The notes under the pieces: generated by a model
What the model was told of the DNA's origin: nothing
Databases searched by the model: none
The model's input: only the letters and a program-made list of their open reading frames with translations
Part shown: positions 22,518 through 35,712 of the stretch, in pieces
Layout: every line of letters begins with the position of its first letter
How positions within the stretch are numbered: position 1 is the first letter of the stretch
Assembly: GCF_006345805.1 (NCBI RefSeq)
Contig: NC_043002.1
Span: 79,050,001-79,114,000, forward strand
Length of the DNA: 64,000 bases
Reading direction: 5' to 3'
DNA from: Octopus sinensis
Taxonomy: Eukaryota
Translations under genes and position numbers: made by a program

Positions 22518-23752
22518 CGAGGGACGTTCAATAAGTAATGCCTCTGACCCACTTGCAGTTGTTTGATCTAGCTGAAATTTTGCAGGTGCAATTATTTATA
22601 TCTCTATAGAGTAAGTGGCAAATTACAGCTCTGAATTAATTGTGGTTTCTGATTTACAGGTGTTTGAACCGAGTCAAGTGTGAAATGGAGCCTGTTGAGT
22701 GTCGAGCAGTGATCCGGTTTTTGGATTTGAAAGGACGCACACCACGGGAGACTTTTGATGAAATGAAAAGTAACTTATGGTGATGATGCCCCATCATATG
22801 ACCTTGTAAAACGCTGGCATCGTGAATTCAAACATGGTCGGAACTCTGTGAAACAGCTCCCAGATCTGGTCGCCCCCTTCTGCCATTGATGAGGCATCTA
22901 TCCGTCAAGTTGAGGCTGCCATTTTGGAGATTCGACGCATAATTATTCGCCAAATAGCCCATGAGGTCATGATTAGTACCGGGTCTGTGGAAACTATCAT
23001 TCATGACCATTGCATATGCAAAAGGTGTCTGCCAGATGGATTCCAGGTTGCTCACGCCTTTCCAGAAGAAAAACGCGTAGCGTAGATTGCTCGAGAGTGA
23101 ATTGGAGATGTGCCAAGAAGATGAGTCAAAATTTTTCAAAAGACTGATTACACAGGATGAAACCTGGGTCCATCACGATGATCCAGAGACCAAAGTCCAG
23201 TCAATGCAGTGGAAGCACCGTGACTCACCCCTCCAAAGAAGGCAAGGGTGCAGCCCTCCGCTGGCAAGGTCATGCTCACAGTCTTCTGGGACCAGGACGG
23301 AGTAGTGATGACAGATTTCCTGGCAAAGGGTACCACAATTGCAGGAGCCTATTATGCTTCACTTTTGAGGAAATTAAGAGAAGTTATCAAAATCAAGAGG
23401 CGGGGCAAGATCAGCAAAGGCATCCTCCTCCTGCAGGACAACGCTCCGGTCCACAACTCGCGTGTCGCCAGATCAGAAGCACAGGCGTATGGCTATGAAC
23501 TCCTCCCCAAGTTGTTTTTGAAAGGAAAGCGTTTCCCAGATGATGCAGCCTTGATTTCTGAAGTCACGTTGAGGTTGGAGGACCAAGCTGGGTTCTTCTA
23601 CAAAAACGGTCTCCAGAGCCGCATCAAACGATGGGAGAAATGCGTAACTCTGGGTGGTTCCTATGTAGAAAAAGACTAATAACTGTACCAAGTTTCGTTG
23701 CTCTACTGCTATGAGAAGTGGGTCAGGGGCATTACTTATTGAACGCCCCTCG
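22518..23752 (+). mobile_element. mariner transposon (irritans/Hsmar2-like), 1235 bp, defective transposase
   Basis: TIRs CGAGGGACGTTCAATAAGTAATGCCTCTGACCCACT and its reverse complement (2 mismatches), TA TSD; MEPVECRAVIRF, VSARWIP, ITQDETWVHH, LLLQDNAPVH; frameshifts; YSPDLAPSD motif missing. Confidence 0.97.
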
Positions 23753-23967
23753 TATATATATAAACATGCATAAGTATATATAGTTTATTATAAAAGCTGC
23801 AAGATATCCACATAACTGTTACTCAGAGTTTCGCGTTCCAGTTCTTTGGACAGTTTTGGTGAATATTTTATGAATATTTTGAAAGCATATTACTCTACCC
23901 TTCGTATTCGAGCACTAATTTTTCCACATTGTTTTTCACTTATAAGCCTACCTGTGTGTGTGTTTAA

Positions 23968-23973
23968 ATAGAC

Positions 23974-24053
<80 letters not shown>

Positions 24054-24058
24054 GGATA
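23968..24058. repeat. (GATA)n microsatellite
   Basis: Directly visible; similar tracts at 22020-22100, 26005-26125 and 39410-39750. Confidence 0.95.
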
Positions 24059-24911
24059 ACATTAAGCAGGAACTCATATCGCAATGCCGTTCATTCGAAA
24101 AACACCACCAATTTATTTTCTTACTGTATTTCTATTATTCCCTAGCTAATACCTGTATCCTTGGCCGATATAATTTTCGGCCAAGGATTAAACAGAGGTA
24201 AAATAACAACAATAACAACAACGAAACCATATTATACAAATTTACCTCCTCTTAAGAGAACTAACTGAGTGTGTCAAATAAATATAAAAATAATGTAGAA
24301 AAATTGTAACGTGAATAAATACATATTACACAGAATGTCATCCTGGCCAGTAAAATTTGAGTGAAGTAGAAACAAATAGGAAACGATTCAATTCAACGTG
24401 AAAGCATCAAAGCTGTTCAGATATAATAATATGCTGCTTAGAAATTAGAAACAAGAAAGAATTCAGGCTTTTGTGTAAGAAAAGAGGCGCTATTGCTTAG
24501 AAATAGCGTTTAATATGAATATTTGAGTTGAGGTTTCCGATTGCGTTATTATAGCAAAGAATTGGTGCCGAAGATATTCCAAGAAAACGTTCTGGTTTAC
24601 TTATGTGCACATCCTACATACATAGAGTTTTTAAGAATCAAACAAGCGTGACTTTATGTTGGTAAGTGTGGTGGTTGGTTTCTGATGGGTTGGAATATGT
24701 GTATGTGTGTGCGTGTGTGTGTGCCTGCATACTTATTTATGTGTGTGCTTTCTATATACGTTTGTATATAAGCATGTATATGCGTGTGTGAGTATGTGTG
24801 TCTCAGTGTGTGTCTGTACATACATATATATTACTATGCACATGCATATATATATATGGATATAGATGCATATATGTGCGTATATCTATATATATATATT
24901 ATATATATATA

Positions 24912-24947
<36 letters not shown>

Positions 24948-25199
24948 TTTATATACGTTCCTATGTATGTATGTGTCGACATACACATGCATGGTTATGG
25001 GTATATATATATGAGTGCATGTGTAAGTGGGTGTTTAAACACACGCACATGCACATAGAGAAAGAGAAAGGAAGAGAGACAGGCAGACAACACACACACA
25101 CATACACACAAACACACTCAGACGTACAAAGTCTCACATACACACTCACTCATACATGCAAACACATAGCGATTCAGAAGTCTCTGCAACATTGAAATG

Positions 25200-25255
<56 letters not shown>

Positions 25256-25295
25256 TGTGTGTTTGTGTGTGTGTGTGTTTGTGCGTGTGTGGTGT

Positions 25296-25355
<60 letters not shown>

Positions 25356-25359
25356 ATTA

Positions 25360-25552
25360 TGACAATTATTCGGTAGCCATGATAAAGCTCCGAGTTTCGG
25401 ATGTCGGGGCGGGAACCTACGCCGCCATCTCTTCAGTTATCCGGCCTTGATAGCATTTTTTCGATGTCCGAATAACTGAAGACATAGCGACGTGGGTTTC
25501 CGCCCTAACATCCGAAACTCGGAGTTTTATCACGGCTACCGAATAATTGTCA
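25360..25552. mobile_element. 193-bp foldback MITE with TA TSD
   Basis: TA-TGACAATTATTCGGTAGCCATGATAAAGCTCCGAGTTTCGGATGT...ACATCCGAAACTCGGAGTTTTATCACGGCTACCGAATAATTGTCA-TA; arms pair over ~85 bp. Confidence 0.9.
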
Positions 25553-25635
25553 TATATTATATATCTACAGATAAATTCGTCTATTTACATAATATCGAGG
25601 TCTCTTTCATTATTTTATTGTCTTGGCATTTCTAT

Positions 25636-25673
<38 letters not shown>

Positions 25674-25973
25674 TCATTTTATATTTCTTTTTCATTCATC
25701 TTATTTTTAATTCTGTCTTAATATTCTTTTTGTTAATTTGTTGATATATCTTAAAACGAATACTGTTTTATACATATTTTAGAGGATTATCGTTATCAAA
25801 ACATGAGAGGACATTCGTTATGCTATATAGGACTCAATAAAACGGTTGTTCCGTTCAAGTGTCTGAGAATGTCTAGCTCAATCGCCGTGGCTGGCCAAGA
25901 TGTCTACAGACTGCTTGAAGTTCTACCGAAATAACTTACCCGTTACAGTAAGGACAGTTAATGAATGAAGTGG

Positions 25974-26005
<32 letters not shown>

Positions 26006-26015
26006 GATAGATAGA

Positions 26016-26126
<111 letters not shown>

Positions 26127-26366
26127 TAGTTATTTGTGTGTGTTTGTTCCTGCACATCCCGACATCGTTTGACAACTGATGCTGCTGTGTTTACGTCCTC
26201 GTAACATAGGGGTTCGGGGCAAGAGACCGACAGAAGAAGCGCCAAGTCCAGGGGTCATTTCTTCGACTGAAAGGCGGTGCTCCAGCATGGCCACAGTCAA
26301 ACGACTGAAACAAATAATAGAGGAATATACATATATATACACACACACACACATCTGTGTGTGTGT

Positions 26367-26615
26367 GGAGGCGCGTGGCTTAGTGGTAAGGGTGTCAGCA
26401 CCATGATCGTAAGATTGTGGTTTCGATACCTAGACCGGGCGACGCGTTGTGTTCTTTAGCAAAACACTTCATTTCACGTTGCTCCAGTCCACTCAGCTGG
26501 CAAAAATGAACAACGCTGCGATGGACTGGCGTACCGTTCAGCTGGGGGAACACATACGCCATAGAAACCAGGAAACCGGGCCCATGAGCCTGGCTAGGCT
26601 TTAAAATGGGCGCAT
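26367..26615 (+). mobile_element. tRNA-derived SINE (family E) with a V-domain-like segment
   Basis: A box TGGCTTAGTGG, B box GGTTTCGATACC; GCGATGGACTGGCGTACCGTTCAG resembles the V-SINE core (from recall). Confidence 0.7.
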
Positions 26616-26635
26616 TTATATATATATACACACAC

Positions 26636-26826
26636 ATGGAGAATGCTGAAAAGTTCTTGACTTTGGATAAAAGAAAATACTATGAGGTTAGTTAATTATG
26701 ATTTTCTTCAGCATATTCCCGTCTCAGGTTCACACACTTACTGAAGGGTTCCTTCAATTTTTCAAAACGCTGTAAAAAATAAGCGCGGGAGCTTAAGCCT
26801 CTAAGCAGGTCTCTTAACCCAGGAAC
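26636..26826. mobile_element. mariner-derived MITE, second copy of the 3488-3714 family
   Basis: GCTGAAAAGTTCTTGACTTTGGATAAAAGAAAATAC..GTTAATTATGAT.. aligns with 3495-3660. Confidence 0.7.
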
Positions 26827-26905
26827 TTTATATACATATATATATATATATATATATTATATATGTGTATATATATATATATATATATAATATATATATT
26901 ATAAT

Positions 26906-27106
26906 GTGACCGCGTGTGCACCGTTGCGATTTTTTTCCTCCGTCTTCCCTTCTTTGGATCTTTCATTTTCCTATGTTTCTGACGAAGAGCTCCGCTCGAA
27001 ACGTTAAACCCTCCTACTTTCCTTCTTTCCTGAGCGTCCAATAATACTATACTTGTTCCACGTCCTCGTGTTATGTTTTCTCTTTTTGTTTTCATGTTTG
27101 GTTAAC
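26906..27106 (+). mobile_element. Penelope-type short repeat carrying a minimal hammerhead
   Basis: Homologous to 10058-10238; (TA)n on both sides. Confidence 0.75.
26975..27009 (+). ncRNA. Minimal type I hammerhead ribozyme
   Basis: GTTT(stem I)-CTGACGA(core)-A-GAGC TCC GCTC(stem II)-GAAA-CG-TT(GUH site)-AAAC(stem I); palindromic ACGT stem III. Confidence 0.75.
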
Positions 27107-27201
27107 TATATATATATATAGACATACGTACTATAAATATATATATATGTATGTTATATATATATAATATATATATATATAATATATAATATATATATAT
27201 A

Positions 27202-27243
<42 letters not shown>

Positions 27244-27894
27244 ATATATATATAAACGTATGCTGTATGTTACGTACAAACAAGGGGATCTCCCACTGAG
27301 AACGTAGCATATTTTTTCATAATGTAATATTTGTTTCATTTCCCATTTTTTATACACTCATAAGTAACGTAAGGGATTTCTTGTACGAAACATGATTATC
27401 TTGTCACACTGAGATATGGTAAAACCGCAATTGTTTTTAGTTTTTTCCCTGGCCTGACAATGCTTTGTATTGCCAGATATATAAAATACCTATTCCACGT
27501 TTTCAGATTATACGCATTATGCAAATTAGTCTAATTAGTTTAGGTGAGTCATAGTTCATATGCACTTTAAGACTGATAAAGCCGACAATCTCTTTGTGAA
27601 TACGGTATGGATAATCTTTTCTAATGAAGGTTTGCAGAAGCAAGACCAAACAATGAACGATCCAACATTTTCCAGCAACAGTGGAATAGAAGCCCGTGGT
27701 TAACGATTTTGTTTACTTTCCGCAGCGTCGATGAAATAAAATTTTTATTAAAATAAAACGAGTTCAAAAAAATTTACATGCGAAATAATTTGAAATGATG
27801 TACAGTAGATTATGCATTAATATATACAAATACAAAAATAAAGGTACACATCCATACGTAAACAAACACAGCATATATGCATACTTTTATATAT

Positions 27895-28282
27895 ATGTGT
27901 GTGTGTAAGAGAGAGAGAGACAGAGAGAGAGAGAGTTTGTGTGCGTGCGTATGTGCCTATACACACGCAAAACACACATAGAGGATATATCTGTATATCT
28001 ATTTTTTCATATGCACATGCACAGACACAAATACACTTAATCTTTTTTTTCATTCTCTCTCTCTTTATCTCTCACACTCTCTCTCTCTCTATCTCTCTCC
28101 TCTCTCTCTCTCTCTCTCTCAAACACCAATATGTTCTTAAACACCAGCAAATACACACCTATACACATATAAACATACACATGTATATACAACCCGGCAA
28201 GCACACACAGAGACACACACTTACACTTAAAAATATATACATATGTATATACGTATGCATATACATGTGTATAGTTACACAC

Positions 28283-28330
<48 letters not shown>

Positions 28331-28352
28331 ATATACGTATCTGTGTGTGTAT

Positions 28353-28386
<34 letters not shown>

Positions 28387-28546
28387 GATAGATACATATA
28401 TATATGCATACATATATATGTATGTATATATATATATACATACAAATATATATACATAGCCATACGTATACATACCTATAATGTATATATTATAATGTAG
28501 ATATCTACTATATTTATATATATACATATATATATATATATATTAT

Positions 28547-28577
<31 letters not shown>

Positions 28578-28669
28578 TGTGTGTGTGTGTGTGTGAGTGC
28601 GTATGTATATATGTACGTACATGCACATATACATACACACACACATACATACATACATACATACATACA

Positions 28670-28702
<33 letters not shown>

Positions 28703-29039
28703 TCACGCATTCCCGAATATCCTCTCACCGATCGCGGAGATATTTCTTTCCAGTTCAACGAAGCAGAACAATAGACTTTGGATAATTCGGTTGTGAATCA
28801 ATAATTTTGGCGTATCAACATCATCGCGGTAGTGTCATTACTACAATTGGCTGTGTTAAAAACACTGTTGAAATAATGGCGGTTTTTATATATGAAAATC
28901 ATACAGCAATTAAAATGTTGTTTGAATGGGATTCATTTGCGAAGAACAATGCACTATACTTAAGACTCAGTTTGTATCATTCGTATATACGTCTGTATGT
29001 ACGGTGCGTTTGGATGTAATTATGTGTGTATATATACAT

Positions 29040-29072
<33 letters not shown>

Positions 29073-29480
29073 TATGTATATATATATATATGTATATATA
29101 TATGTATATATATATATGTATATGTATATATATATGTATATATATATGTATATATATATATGTATATGTATATATGTGTATGTGTGTGTGAGAGAGAGGG
29201 AGAGAGTGTGTATGTGTGATGGTGTGTGTGCATATATATGTGTGTGTGTATATATACACGTTCATATATATATTTATGTATATATGTATGTATGTGTGTA
29301 TATGCGTGATCACGTGTGTATGCGTGTTGAGGTTACTTGTATCCCTATTATTATTATCCCTATTATTATTATTATTATTATTATTATTATCATCATCATC
29401 ATGTCTGCGTGGATGCGTCAGCTTATATGTGCATATATGTGCGTATGCGTTTGTGTGTGCGTGTATGTGTGCTCATGTGT

Positions 29481-29513
<33 letters not shown>

Positions 29514-29517
29514 ATAA

Positions 29518-29580
<63 letters not shown>

Positions 29581-29640
29581 CATACATACATTCATATATA
29601 TAATATATATATATATAATATATATATATTATATATATAC
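27895..29640. repeat. Large compound (TA)/(CA)/(TACA)/(TAT) microsatellite block
   Basis: Directly visible, with one ~300-bp unique island at 28700-29000. Confidence 0.9.
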
Positions 29641-29752
29641 ACACGAGTGTGTATTTTGCGCATGCAAGTAGTGTATATGTTAATTCAAATATTTGAAGAA
29701 ATCTGTCTGAAGCAGAAAATAAAATCCAGAGACAGTCAGACAGACAGACAGA

Positions 29753-29862
29753 AGAGAGGGAGAGGGAAGGTGAGAGGGAGAGGGAAGGTGAGAGGGAGAG
29801 GGAAGGTGAGAGGGAGAGGGAAGGTGAGAGGGAGAGGGAAGGTGAGAGGGAGAGGGAAGGTG
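29753..29862. repeat. 18-bp purine minisatellite (GAGAGGGAGAGGGAAGGT) x ~6
   Basis: Directly visible; translates as RGRGKV repeats. Confidence 0.9.
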
Positions 29863-30317
29863 GGAGAAAGTGAAAGATGCATTAAGGGAGAAGTATATAA
29901 TATTGTGTACACTAGTTCTATTGATGTGGTTTAAATAGTTTTTTAAAAAATCAATTGTTAAATCCACGAAAGCATTTGTATGTATGTATGTATGTATGTA
30001 TGTATGTATGTATGTATGTTCGTATGTATGTATGTATGTATGCATGCATGTATGTATGTATGTATGTATGTATGTATGTATGTATGTATGCATGTATGTA
30101 TGTATGTGAGGGTGTACTCTGTTTGGTGTACTCTCAGTTGTTTAGTAGGTCAGTGAAGTTACCTGAAATATAATTAACTATCGCATTTGAGGTGTGAAGA
30201 GAGTCGGCTTAATAGATTTATGAATATATACACACGCCTCAAATCAAAGATGGTGGATTGTGCATTGCTCCAATTGTACGCATATAAATTCACATAAACA
30301 CACATACACACACACAT

Positions 30318-30357
<40 letters not shown>

Positions 30358-30989
30358 TAAGGTATGTAGAAAAATACAACATGGACAAGAACGTATAACT
30401 CATAGAAGACGATACAATAAACATGGACAGGACATTCGAACCCCTCAGTCTTCAGTCAAGAACCGGATCATCGTAGTAATTTCGGCTGATTAATGCGTTG
30501 GTGATTACGTAGGGCACGTCATCTGTTTGTTCTAAAGGTGAAACAAGAACACGAATATACGGTTGATTGAATGGAATCGGATGGAATCAATCCAGTTCAC
30601 TGTAAGCTTAGAATTATTGGTGGATATTTCCTTCAAACTCGGGATGTATGAAAGGCAAAGTCGGCCGAGGGGGAAGTCTGAACTGGGGAGAACATCTTGG
30701 AATATAACTAAATTCTGGAAGGCAAGATATATTTGTTTCTCTACCGATTCCGCTATACAGAACTCACAAGATTTCTTTTAGTTCTAAAGGCGTAATATTT
30801 ACGTAGAGATGTACGTGATTGTGCGTGCCTGTGTGAATGTGTGTATGTACTGTGTAAGTGCGCATGTATGTGTATGTCTTTTTTTGTGCGTATTCATATT
30901 TATAAATATTTTTGTTGTTTTTGTAATATCTCAGAAAATAATTAAAAATTCACATTTTTTATCAAAATATTGTATATATATATATATAT

Positions 30990-31670
30990 AATTACTCAAC
31001 CCTGCCTGGTGCATACCTATTCAAGTACCTGATTCTATCTGAATCCTCATCTTACTTTATATATATGTGTGTGTATGGGTGTGTTTGCGTGTGTTTGTCT
31101 GTGTGAGTGCGCGCGTGTTTGTGTAAGCATTTCCTCTATTTACATAATATTGAGGTCTCTTTCTTTCTTTTGTTATCTTACCGTCTTATCAATATATATA
31201 TATATATATATATATGTACGTTCATATACACTCATATTTTACTGAAGTTAAAATGACTTCACAAACTCTTACTTTCGTATAACCGATCCTCGGACAATCG
31301 AGAGTATTATGCGTGCGTGTATAAGTCATTTGATCATCAAACGCCGAAGGAATTTACGACTTATCGGTCACCCTAGAATATACCGACAAAGTACTATTCA
31401 AAGTAACATGTGATCTTGAAAGCCTCTTAGGCGCTAAATATTCGTAGGTTTCGTTTTCTCTGTGTACACAACTGAAATATCCCATCTGATATTTCGACTC
31501 TCACCAACCATTAACCGGAACCACAGGAATTACTCAACCCTGCCTGGTGCATACCTATTCAAGTACCTGATTCTATCTGAATCCTCATCTTACTTTATAT
31601 ATATATATATGTGTATGGGTGTGTTTGTGTGTGTTTGTCTGTGTGAGTGCGCGCGTGTTTGTGTAAGCAT
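30990..31670. repeat. ~140-bp near-identical local direct repeat (30990-31130 and 31528-31670)
   Basis: AATTACTCAACCCTGCCTGGTGCATACC...GTGTAAGCAT occurs twice, differing mainly in the (TA)n/(TG)n tract. Confidence 0.9.
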
Positions 31671-32926
31671 ATATGCATGCATGAATGTGAATGTGTGAGT
31701 ATGTGCAATCATGTATGAGTGTATGCGTGTGGTGTGTGTGACTGTGTGTGTGTGTTTGTGTGTTTGTGTGTCTGTGTGTCTGTGTGTGTGGAGAACGTTT
31801 TTACAATACACATTTGCTTCTAATCTGAAAAGATGTCTGCATCCAATACAGAAAATTACTAGCAACATTGAAATCTTCACATGTGTGCAATTCCTTGCGT
31901 CCATTCCGCGCCGTATTGTATATCGCACTGTCTTTGGGCTGTTGAGAGCAGCATGTCAGTTGTTCCCATGGTAAGGGGCTGTTAGTGTTTCCTTCAAGTG
32001 TTATTCATATCTGGTAAGTGCGACCTTAATAGTGGTCGCTCCTCTCGACTCTGTTTCATATTACAATATTTCCCCTTCAGAGGGACAGACAGACAGACAG
32101 ACAGACAGTGAGAAAAGGAGGGTGGGGAGTGGGAAAACTCTAGAAGAAGAAGAGACAGAAATATGTATTGGGCTCCAGTCCTTGATTGGTATTTTATTTA
32201 CCAGCCCCGAAACTAGGAAATGTTACGTTGATCTCGGTGGGATTCGAACTGCAAGTTTTTCTATCAAATTATCTGACGACTCTACCGCTTCGCTGTAATA
32301 AACAACGTAGTGTTTCCTTCAAAGGTCAACCAGCCAAGAGTTAACCGTCTTTTTATACGGAACCATTTCCTATTAAACATTATTAGACCTAAAGTGCTGC
32401 CTTGTTTAGCACCATATGGTAGCCAGCAGGGCGTTTTAATAGAGTCCACTCTCTGACCACCTTCTTGTTACTGATATTAATCTCCCTTATCTGTTTCACT
32501 GGTCTAATTAGTAACGTTAAAGGTCATGACAACTGTCCACATTTACCTAATCATCTTAATTATTATGTCTCGATAAAAGTTTTATCAAACTCTCGATTCA
32601 TTGAAACAATCTTACTAACGTTTACCATTTCTTTTCCAGAAGTTCAGTCGGGGGTTACGGAAAGAACCACATCTTTCTTCGCATGAATATTTGAAAATGT
32701 CATCATACGTCCGAAAATGCGTATGTATGTATTATTACCTACTCTCTCCTCTTTCTCCTTCTCCTTCTCTTCCTCCTCATCATCTTGATCATCATCCTCA
32801 TCTACATCCTCCTCCTCTCTTCTTCTTCTTCTTCTTCTTCTTCTTCTTCTTCTTCTTCTTCTTCTTCTTCTTCTTCTTCTTCTTCTTCTTCTTCTTCTTC
32901 TTCTTCTTTATATTATTATTATTATT

Positions 32927-34708
32927 AAAATTGTTTTGACTCTCGCTGTTCTATTTGCGGTTGTTCTTTACTTGAAAGCAGGCAATAACAAATCACCAAC
33001 GGTTTCAAGTAGTGCCTTCTTCTGTGACACAGACAATACTCTCCTTAGAATGCGAGATGTACCCAACAATGCTGTCTTCTGGATCACTTCGAGCCTGACG
33101 GCAGCTCCTATATTCTTAATAGGATTTTCAAAGCCTTTGGAAGCTGCTCTTAATGCTCCTTATACCACAGGTATCACTATTATTTTCCTCATGCCCCGTA
33201 ACTTTCCTATCTCGTCCCGCAGTGGCTAGTATTTCTCACCCTTTTTGAAACGCCTGGTATGGCTACATTTATTATGTTTGCTTCGTTTTCATCTTTATGG
33301 ATGATCACGATATCTGGCCGTCAGGCCTCTATGACTTGATCGCACTGTATGTTAAAATCCCAGAGTATTTTGTAATGTTCGTTTGCCATTACTCGTCTGA
33401 CTTGTGTTCATACCATTTTTGGACTCTCGAGGTTTGCTTTACCGCCCAACAGCCAGTGGACATATCTGGCCACATCGTCGTGTCTCCTTTTATATTCACG
33501 TTGTGCGTGAATATGGCTTATACTTTCTCCCTTCTCAGAGCACATTCTGCATTGTGGCGAGCCAGTGCCTTCATCAATATGATATTTGGAGTAGTTTGTT
33601 CTGAGAGCCTGTTCTTGAGTGCTGCACACTAATGTCTCATTGGGCTCTGAAGTCTCCTTTCTGTAGCCATTGCCAGGTTCTATTCCAATCAATCTCATCT
33701 TTATTCTTCAAGAACTGACGGGTCATTTTCTTGTCCGGCCAAATTTTCTCCATCAGCTCTCTCTGGTCTTTCTTGAATCGTGTTGGTTCTACGGTTTCGT
33801 TCACTTTAAGGTTTCCTGCATTTTCACTGCATCAATCATTTCTTTTTTACTCTCCTTGACATACCAAGCCAGGATATTCTCCTTTTCCCTTACACAACCT
33901 TCACAACACACCCTCTTCCTCCTTCTTTCCTCCTTACATAGAATCTTAACACATCACTCTTGGGGTGTAGTTCCTTGTTCATTGTCATTAATTTACGTGT
34001 TCCCCAGTATATCTCTTGTAATTCATTCTCCTTCCAAGATACCATTCCTGTCCCATATCTCATCAAAGTCACCGCCCATATGTTAATCGCTCTAATCGTA
34101 TAGCGGCCATTTAGCTTCGATTGAAGCACAAGCAGAGTTCTCCTCAAATATTCTTTCCTGTACATTTGTTTCATCATGTGTTCATTCATCTTATTTCTTT
34201 CAGTGATACTCAGGTACTTATATCCTTCCTCTCCGACGTCCTTTATAGTTTCGCCACTTTCCAGCTTGATCTCATGGCGTTTACTGGTTTCCCCCCTTTT
34301 GAAAATCCTTACACCACATTTCTCGATCCCAAACTCCATGCCAATATCTTTGCTAATCATCTGCACAGTTGTCGTCAAACTCTCAATTTCTTTTTCAGTC
34401 TTAGCAAATAGCATTAGATCATCCATAAACCACAGGTTGTTTATTTTCACCCTTCCTAGCATGTATCCCACACGCGTCTTTCTTAAAACGCTGGTTAGTG
34501 GCAGTATATGCAGACAACAAATAGTAGAGGCGACAGATTGTCCCCTTAAAAGATTCTTCTTTCGATATTTACCTCTCCCAGCTTAACTCCTCATACTGTG
34601 AGTTCAGTTCGCCACGTTGCCATTCAGTTTTGTATTAACTTCAGGATATTGTTGGAGACCTAAAGCAGTTTAAGGCATTCAATGATCCACGTGTGTTGGA
34701 CCATGTCT
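32927..34708 (-). mobile_element. R4/Dong-clade non-LTR retrotransposon, 5'-truncated, decayed
   Basis: RT INNLWFMDDLMLF; CRMCSEKGESISHI..EYKRRHDDVARYVHW (CCHC); C-terminal VIPVV.GAL..IQKTALLGTSRILRRVL. Confidence 0.85.
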
Positions 34709-34724
34709 GTTGTTGTTGTTGTTG

Positions 34725-34763
<39 letters not shown>

Positions 34764-34764
<1 letters not shown>

Positions 34765-35031
34765 TTTTTTTTTTCTTCTTCTTTCAAATTTGCTATCATT
34801 TCTTGCCGAGTGTCTTCCCGACTCCTAGGGCAAAGAAACACATAGTATACATTGGTAGGCCATTAAACCAAACTCAGTAGTTCGTTCAATTTTTTTTTTT
34901 TTTTTTTTTTTTAAAGTTAACTTAAAATACATGAGCAGCAACAGTTCTCACATCGACAATGCTCTTCTCAATACGTGTGATGTACCAGTTAAGACAATCT
35001 TTTGCACTTCTTGCAGGGATGGTAAGCCAGG
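34764..35031 (-). mobile_element. Second R4/Dong-like 3' end fragment
   Basis: Minus strand PGLPSLQEVQKIVLTGTSHVLRRALSM* plus 3' UTR; (TAT)n on both sides. Confidence 0.65.
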
Positions 35032-35081
<50 letters not shown>

Positions 35082-35566
35082 CATCATCATTATTATTGTT
35101 ATTATTATTCATATACACTCAACAGATTAGACTGTTGGAAAAAGAAAAAGAATCCTAACATCGGGTTACAACATGTTGCCTTAGATGTCAAGAACCCTCC
35201 TATCTGGTTACAGCAAGTAACTTTCGATGCCAAGAACCCTCCTAAGTATCCTAACTGTCCTTAATAATACTGGTTTCTGCAGCTGCACTAAACTGGGTTT
35301 TATGCTTATTTCCTCTTTCCATCAGTTCAGATCTTTAGAGATTATTATTATCAAGGCGGCGAGTTGGCAGAATCGTTAGCATGCCGTACAAAATGCTTAG
35401 CAGCATATTGTCCGTCCTTACGTTCTGAATTCAAATTCCGCCGTGGTTGACTTTGTCTTTCATCCTTTAGGGGTCGATAAATTAAGTACCAATGAAGCAA
35501 TGGGGTCGGTGTAATCGACTAGTTTCCTCCCACAAAATTTCAGGCCTTGTGCCTATAGTAGAAATG

Positions 35567-35623
<57 letters not shown>

Positions 35624-35677
35624 GTAATAATAATAACAACAACAACAACTATTATTATTATTATTATTATTATTATA

Positions 35678-35712
<35 letters not shown>

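Noticed and set aside
30425-30500. Minus-strand CTGAAGA..CGAATGTC hammerhead-like words
   Set aside because: It lacks the GAAA core and stems I and II could not be formed.
35145-35250. 42-bp unit x 2.5 that stays in frame (KNPP repeats)
   Set aside because: Too short, and the ORF derives from the adjacent (TAT)n; treated as a minor minisatellite.
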